64,000 nucleotides of DNA from Heteronotia binoei (Eukaryota), in contig NC_083237.1 of the NCBI RefSeq assembly GCF_032191835.1, forward strand, positions 66,278,001-66,342,000. Direction: 5' to 3'. Below, piece after piece: positions 58,621 to 64,000 of the stretch. A program made the translations under genes and the position numbers. The notes beneath the pieces are model-generated. The model did not search any database and had not been told where the DNA came from. It was given only the letters and a program-made list of their open reading frames with translations. Every line of letters starts with the position of its first letter. Within the stretch, counting starts at the first letter, position 1.

Positions 58621-61600
58621 CTACAAGTCTTTCTTCTCTGCCTGCTGGAGGAGCCAGGAGATGCCACGGGGGATCAGTGCCACAGCACAGACGTGAGCAC
58701 AAGCGCTCTTGCAGAAGATGAGGACATAGAAGAGATGCTCCCTGCTTGTGGGGAGTTCAAAGGAGTCAAACAGATGCAGGATGAGCAGGGAGACCAAGAT
58801 GCAGCTGAGGCGGAAGGCCCACTGTTGGCTTTGCTTCCCTTTACAGCTTTCTGCATACATGGGGGAGTGGAGGCCTACCCCCAGGCCAAAGAGAATACCC
58901 AGGTTGCGAAGCAAGCTGGCAAACGGGGTGGTGTCAATATGGACCCACTCTGGCCGTTCGCACCACATGTTGGCTTTCTCCAAGGTCCACAGGAGGTCCA
59001 CGCCCAACATCTTGAGCAGCAGGTAGAAACCCAGGGCGAAGCTGAAGAGGGAGAGGGTGGTGCCCACATATCGCCAGAGGGTGGTGTTGTAGATGAAGCG
59101 GACATGCGCAAAAACTTCTGCTACCACCATCCCTGCAGAGGAGGGAAGTCATTGAATGAATGAGTGGAAGATGTGTGCTGTTTTTGTGTGCAACACTTTT
59201 CCTTCCAGTATTGTTCGCTTGCTTGTTTGTTTACCCTGTAGGTCCCACAACAGCAGGGTAAACCGTCTTTCTAGGATCAAAAGGGAATGCAGGAGAAAAC
59301 CCTGTGTGTTACTTTGGATAGATAACTAAAGGCGGCTTTCACATTTTGGATAGTGCACTATAGCAATTGGTTGCAACTGGATTTTCCTCTGTGAAACATC
59401 AAAATCCCCTTGCAAATGATTGCTATAGCACATCGAGAGTGCATTATCCAATGTATGTGAATTGGACTCAGAATGTGGAGAGAAGGGTGCAAATCTTTCA
59501 TGCCTGTGAGAACAGTTATCATCTGTGTGAGAGCTGCCACTGTCTCTCCTGCACATATGCAGCAAACAACAGCCTGCTCCGCTGTTGTAGCTCTTTGCAA
59601 GCACCGGTTTTCTGGCAAGGCACTGGTAGCGGCCACACTAATTGTGTAATGCTATGTAGAGTTACTTCAGTCTTGATTTTAATTGACCTAGACTGCAGCA
59701 ACTTCGTTTAGGTGGTAGGCTGAGTTAGGACAGGGGTGTCAAATGTCTGGCCTGCGGTCCAGAACCGGCCTGCACAGGACTTTAATCAGGCCCATGGGGC
59801 TCTTTTCTCCTCCTGCCCCCCTTCTATCCTCACCCTTTGAAGCTCTGAGGCTGCTGAAGTTCCCAGCTCCTTCTTCCTTGTCTTTGCAAGCTGAAGCAGG
59901 AAGCAATTTTGGGCTTTTAAAGAAAATGCGGAATGGATTTTCCATTAAGGTCTTTGTTTAATGGCAAATCCATTTTGTGTTTTCCTTGCAGCTTTGTGTG
60001 TGCTGCAGTGTATTTTAATAGAGTGGGGCTCAGTTTCACTTTTCAGCATTTGTATGGTCTGTTAGAAGCTGTTCCTTGCTGGAGTTGTGTGACCTTGCTG
60101 ATGCTTTGAGCCAGCATGTCTCTGCTGAATGGACGTTAGAACTGGCACCTGGCGAGTGCTCTAACCTGGGAACCCACAGTCAAAGGGGGTTATGACACTG
60201 AAGAGGCATTGCCAATCTGAGTAGACCTGGGGCAAGGGGAGAGGCTTGCAATGCCCATCCATTTCATGTTTTCCTAAGCCCAGAGCATTTTAAATTATTT
60301 GTTTATATTTCTAGTTTCTGCTGTGGTCCTTGTGCTTGATGTTTTATTTTTATTTATTTATTTATTACTTTAAAATTTCTATCCCGCCCTCTCCGCAAGC
60401 AGACTCAGGGCGGCTAACAACATTCATTTTTACAAATTAAAACCCAATAAAAAATAGCTACAGTTTAAAATTATTTAAAAACATTTCGTTTCATGGTGCT
60501 GTATCACTACAATATAATATAAGTGGTGATCATGTGGTACTCTATAATGATTTTTAAAATTGCCTTGCCAAATCCCACCATTCCTCAACCTTTCCACTTT
60601 AAGCATGTTTGTATTTTACTGTATTGTGCAGTTTTAAGCATGTTTGTATTTTACTGTATTGTGCAGTTTTAAGCATGTTTGTATTTTAAGTAAGCAGTAA
60701 TATATTTAATTGTGTCTGCATCCTTTATAAAGTTTATATCTCCACTATCTGGCTTTATATTTTATGATACGCCTGGCCCCACAAAGTCCCATTTATGTCA
60801 GATCCAGCCCTTGTAACAAATGAGTTTGACACCCTTGAGTTAGAAGATGAAGAAGAAGATACTGGATTTATATCCCACCCTCCACTCCGAAGAGTCTCAG
60901 AGCGGCTCACAATCTCCTTTACCTTCCTCCCTCACAACAGACACTCTGTGAGGTAGATGAAGATATTGGATTTATATCCTGCCCTCCACTCCGAAGAGTC
61001 TCAGAGCGGCTCACAATCTCCTTTCCCTTCCTCCCCCACAACAGACACCCTGTGAGGTGGGTGGGGCTGGAGAGGGCTCTCACAGCAGCTGCCCTTTCAA
61101 GGACAACCTCTGCCAGAGCTATGGCTGACCCAAGGCCATTCCAGCAGGTGCAAGTGGAGGAGTGGGGAATCAGACCCGGTTCTCCCAGATAAGAGAGCTC
61201 TGGCTGACCCAAGGCCATTCCAGCAGCTGCAAGTGGAGGAGTGGGGAATCCAACCCGGTTCTCCCAGATAAGATTCCGCACACTTAACCACTACACCAAA
61301 CTGGCTCTCTTAGGGCTAAGTCTGTTAGGATTGGACTGTAAATAGGGTTAGGCCAGCTTTTTAGCCTAGAGCGTTCCAGTCCGCCCTCAAATATATCTCC
61401 TTTCATACGGTAGAAAAGAACAAATGTCTAGTAGCCTTTTGAAGACTAACAAAATTTATGGCAGGGCATAAGCGTTCATAAGTCACCGATCACTTCTTCA
61501 GATACAATCAGCGATCCAGAAGGAAACAGACTGTTGCCTGCCTGCTCTGCAGCCACTTCTGTCAGAAAACCCAACCAAGCCAGAGACCTTGTACCAAACA

Positions 61601-61653
61601 CAGCACTGGGTGATGCTTCCAAGCGAGCACACTCTGTCAAAACCAAGCACACA

Positions 61654-61691
<38 letters not shown>

Positions 61692-62006
61692 AGAGCCTGC
61701 CCTCCAAGAGAATGACTGGCCAGTTTGACTGGTATGAAAAGTTCAGGCAGGCCTTCAGTAGGCCTGATGACTGCCAGCCTGAACTCCACGATGCAGAGCG
61801 TGGCTCTCCTGCATTCGGAAAGGGCGAGGAAGACAGAGAAGCTGATTGTATGGATGTTTATTTATTAAAATCCAGCCAGGAATAACTCACCTGAGACCAC
61901 CCCAGAGATCACCTGGTGTGGAAAATGGGCAGCAAGGAAGACACGGGATAAACAGACACAAACCTGTACAGCCCAGAATCCTGCCCACAGGAGGCTGCGT
62001 AGACAC
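58621..62006 (-). CDS. G6PC1: Glucose-6-phosphatase catalytic subunit 1, last two exons (5' partial)
   Basis: Exon 62006-61891 (116 nt; [15 protein letters not shown] with the catalytic His) and exon 59132-58621 (512 nt; [23 protein letters not shown] with the dilysine ER signal). Motifs and synteny fit G6PC1; a tandem paralogue cannot be excluded. Confidence 0.88.
59731..60837. mobile_element. hAT-type non-autonomous element
   Basis: TIRs CAGGGGTGTCAAA / TTTGACACCCTTG. TSD agttagga/agttagaa (7/8). Contains a 35-bp tandem repeat at ~60598-60688. Confidence 0.8.
60842..61309 (-). mobile_element. Squam3-like SINE with both the 79-bp and the ~104-bp duplications
   Basis: Junction gtgaggtagatgaag at ~60951 and junction ataagagagctctggctg at 61189. 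Confidence 0.88.
61405..61510 (-). mobile_element. Penelope-like terminal repeat fragment
   Basis: Homologous to 52398-52530; hammerhead core degenerate (GAAC instead of GAAA). Confidence 0.55.
61644..61686. repeat. (CA)n microsatellite
   Basis: Directly visible. Confidence 0.95.
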
Positions 62007-62141
62007 CTGGTGGGGGAGGAGGGGGAGGATTTGTTCAAGCATTTGCACCACTCCACAATCAAAACCTGCCAGGCCTTCAGTGCCCAACCAGCACCATACC
62101 TGGCAGCTTTTAAAAAATGCAATACTTAAGCCGTCTCGAGT

Positions 62142-63356
62142 AGAAGAAGAAGATACTGGATTTATATCCCGCCCACCACTCTGAAGAGTCTCAGAGAGGC
62201 TCACAACTTCCTTTACCTTCCTCCCCCACAACAGACACCCTGTGAGGTAGATGAAGATATTGGATTTATATCCTGCCCTCCACTCCGAAGAGTCTCAGAG
62301 CGGCTCACAATCTCCTTTATCTTCCTCCCCCACAACAGACACCCTGTGAGGTAGATGAAGATATTGGATTTATATCCCGCCCTCCACTCCAAAGAGTCTC
62401 AGAGCGGCTCACAATCTCCTTTATCTTCCTCCCCCCACAACAGACACCCTGTGAGGTAGATGAAGATATTGGATTTATATCCCGCCCTCCACTCCGAAGA
62501 GTCTCAGAGCGGCTCACAATCTCCTTTGCCTTCCTTCCTCACAACAGACACCCTGTGAGGTAGATGAAGATATTGGATTTATATCCCGCCCTCCACTCCG
62601 AAGAGTCTCAGAGCGGCTCACAACCTCCTTTACCTTCCTCCCCCACAACAGACACCCTGTGAGGTAGATGAAGATATTGGATTTATATCCCACTCTCCAC
62701 TCCAAAGAGTCTCAGAGCGGCTCACAATCTCCTTTCCCTTCCTCCCCCACAACAGACACCCTGTGAGGTAGATGAAGATATTGGATTTATATCCCACTCT
62801 CCACTCCAAAGAGTCTCAGAGCGGCTCACAATCTCCTTTCCCTTCCTCCCCCACAACAGACACCCTGTGAGGTAGATGAAGATATTGGATTTATATCCCG
62901 CCCTCCACTCCGAAGAGTCTCAGAGCGGCTCACAATCTCCTTTCCCTTCCTCCCCTACAACAGACACCCTGTGAGATTGATGAAGATATTGGATTTATAT
63001 CCCGCCCTCCACTCCGAAGAGTCTCAGAGCGGCTCACAATCTCTTTTCCCTTCCTCCCCCACAACAGACACCCTGTGAGATCGATGACGATATTGGATTT
63101 ATATCCCGCCCTCCACTCCGAAGAGTCTGAGAGTGGCTCACAATCTCCTTTCCCTTCCTCCCCTACAACAGACACCCTGTGAGGTTGGTGGGGCTGGAGA
63201 AGGCTCTCACAGCAGCTGCCCTTTCAAGGACAACCTCTGCCAGAGCTATGGCTGACCCAAGGCCATGCTAGCAGGTGCAAGCGGAGGAGTGGGGAATCAA
63301 ACCCGGTTCTCCCAGATAAGAGTCCGCACACTTAACCACTACACCAAACTGGCTCT
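62142..63356 (-). repeat. Squam3-like SINE with 10 tandem copies of its 3' 104 bp
   Basis: Units start at ~62142, 62249, 62353, 62458, 62562, 62666, 62770, 62874, 62978, 63082, followed by a single body and head. Confidence 0.95.
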
Positions 63357-63414
63357 GGAAGGTAATGCTCTTGGCAACTGAGATCAAATTAATGCACGCC
63401 CTACTATTTCCCCA

Positions 63415-63660
63415 TTACTATGTCCAGGTGTGAAAGCTGGACAATGAAGAAAGCTGACAGGAAGGTGGTCAATTCCTTTGAAATATGGTGTCGAAGGAGA
63501 GCTTTACGGATTCTGTGGCCTGCCAAGACAAATCAGTTGCTGCTCGATCAAATCAAGCCTGAATTCTCCCTAGAAGCAATACTGATCAAACTGAGGCTGT
63601 CATACTTTGATCTCATTATCAAAAGACAAGAATCACTGGAAAGGACAATAATGCAAGGAG
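63415..63660 (+). mobile_element. RTE/Bov-B LINE fragment
   Basis: CESWTMKKADRKVVNSFEIWCRRRALRILW..LRLSYF resembles the Bov-B ORF C-terminal region. Confidence 0.8.
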
Positions 63661-63661
63661 A

Positions 63662-63929
63662 AGAAAAGATTGGCTTTCTACCTTGCCCTTCACTCAGAGT
63701 CTCAGAGCAGCTTACAATCTCCTTTTCCTTCCTTTGCCCACAACAGACACCCTGTGAGGAAGGTGGGGCTAGGAGATCTCACTGAGAACCATTTTTGAGG
63801 GGACAGCTCTAAAAGAACTGTGACAGATCCAAGGTCACCCAGCTGGCTGCATGTGGGGGACAAGTGAGGAATCCAACCCGGTTCTCCAGATTAGAGTCTG
63901 CCGCTCCTAACCACTACAGCAAACTGGCT
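63662..63929 (-). mobile_element. older Squam3-like SINE
   Basis: Diverged head, body and tail. Confidence 0.75.
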
Positions 63930-63990
63930 ATTACCTTCTTGACAACGTTCTTCACCTGCCATCTTGTGCTCTTAGGCAGCCTGTACTTAC

Positions 63991-64000
63991 TTGGCATTTT
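63991..64000 (-). CDS. G6PC1: possible 3' end of G6PC1 exon 3
   Basis: Strong donor AA|GTAAGT on minus with the phase (2) needed to join exon 4. Only 10 nt are visible. Confidence 0.3.

Overview
Squamate (most likely gecko) genomic DNA. The gene order matches human 17q21.31 in reverse: IFI35(-, last exon outside window), RPL27(-), RUNDC1(-), PTGES3L(+), AARSD1(+), G6PC1(-, 3' exons only). Exon-intron structures were rebuilt by hand from splice sites and reading phase. RPL27 (136 aa), RUNDC1 (550 aa), PTGES3L (147 aa) and AARSD1 (411 aa, with one GC-AG intron) are complete and intact. Much of the rest is transposable elements: tRNA-derived SINEs (Sauria/Squam1-, Squam2- and Squam3-like), CR1, L1, L2, RTE, Penelope-like fragments and hAT-type MITEs. 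Family names come from recalled consensus features, not a database search. Four observations stand out. (1) Three unrelated retroposon families form tandem arrays of their own sub-segments, with identical junctions at independent loci; one is a ~16 x 79-bp array just upstream of the RPL27 promoter. (2) All five full-length copies of one ~500-bp TAGGGTTGCCA MITE family sit within ~25-130 bp of a promoter or first exons. (3) Penelope-like fragments carry minimal hammerhead-ribozyme motifs. (4) The splice phases allow an in-frame PTGES3L-AARSD1 read-through. Most ORFs in the supplied track are spurious.
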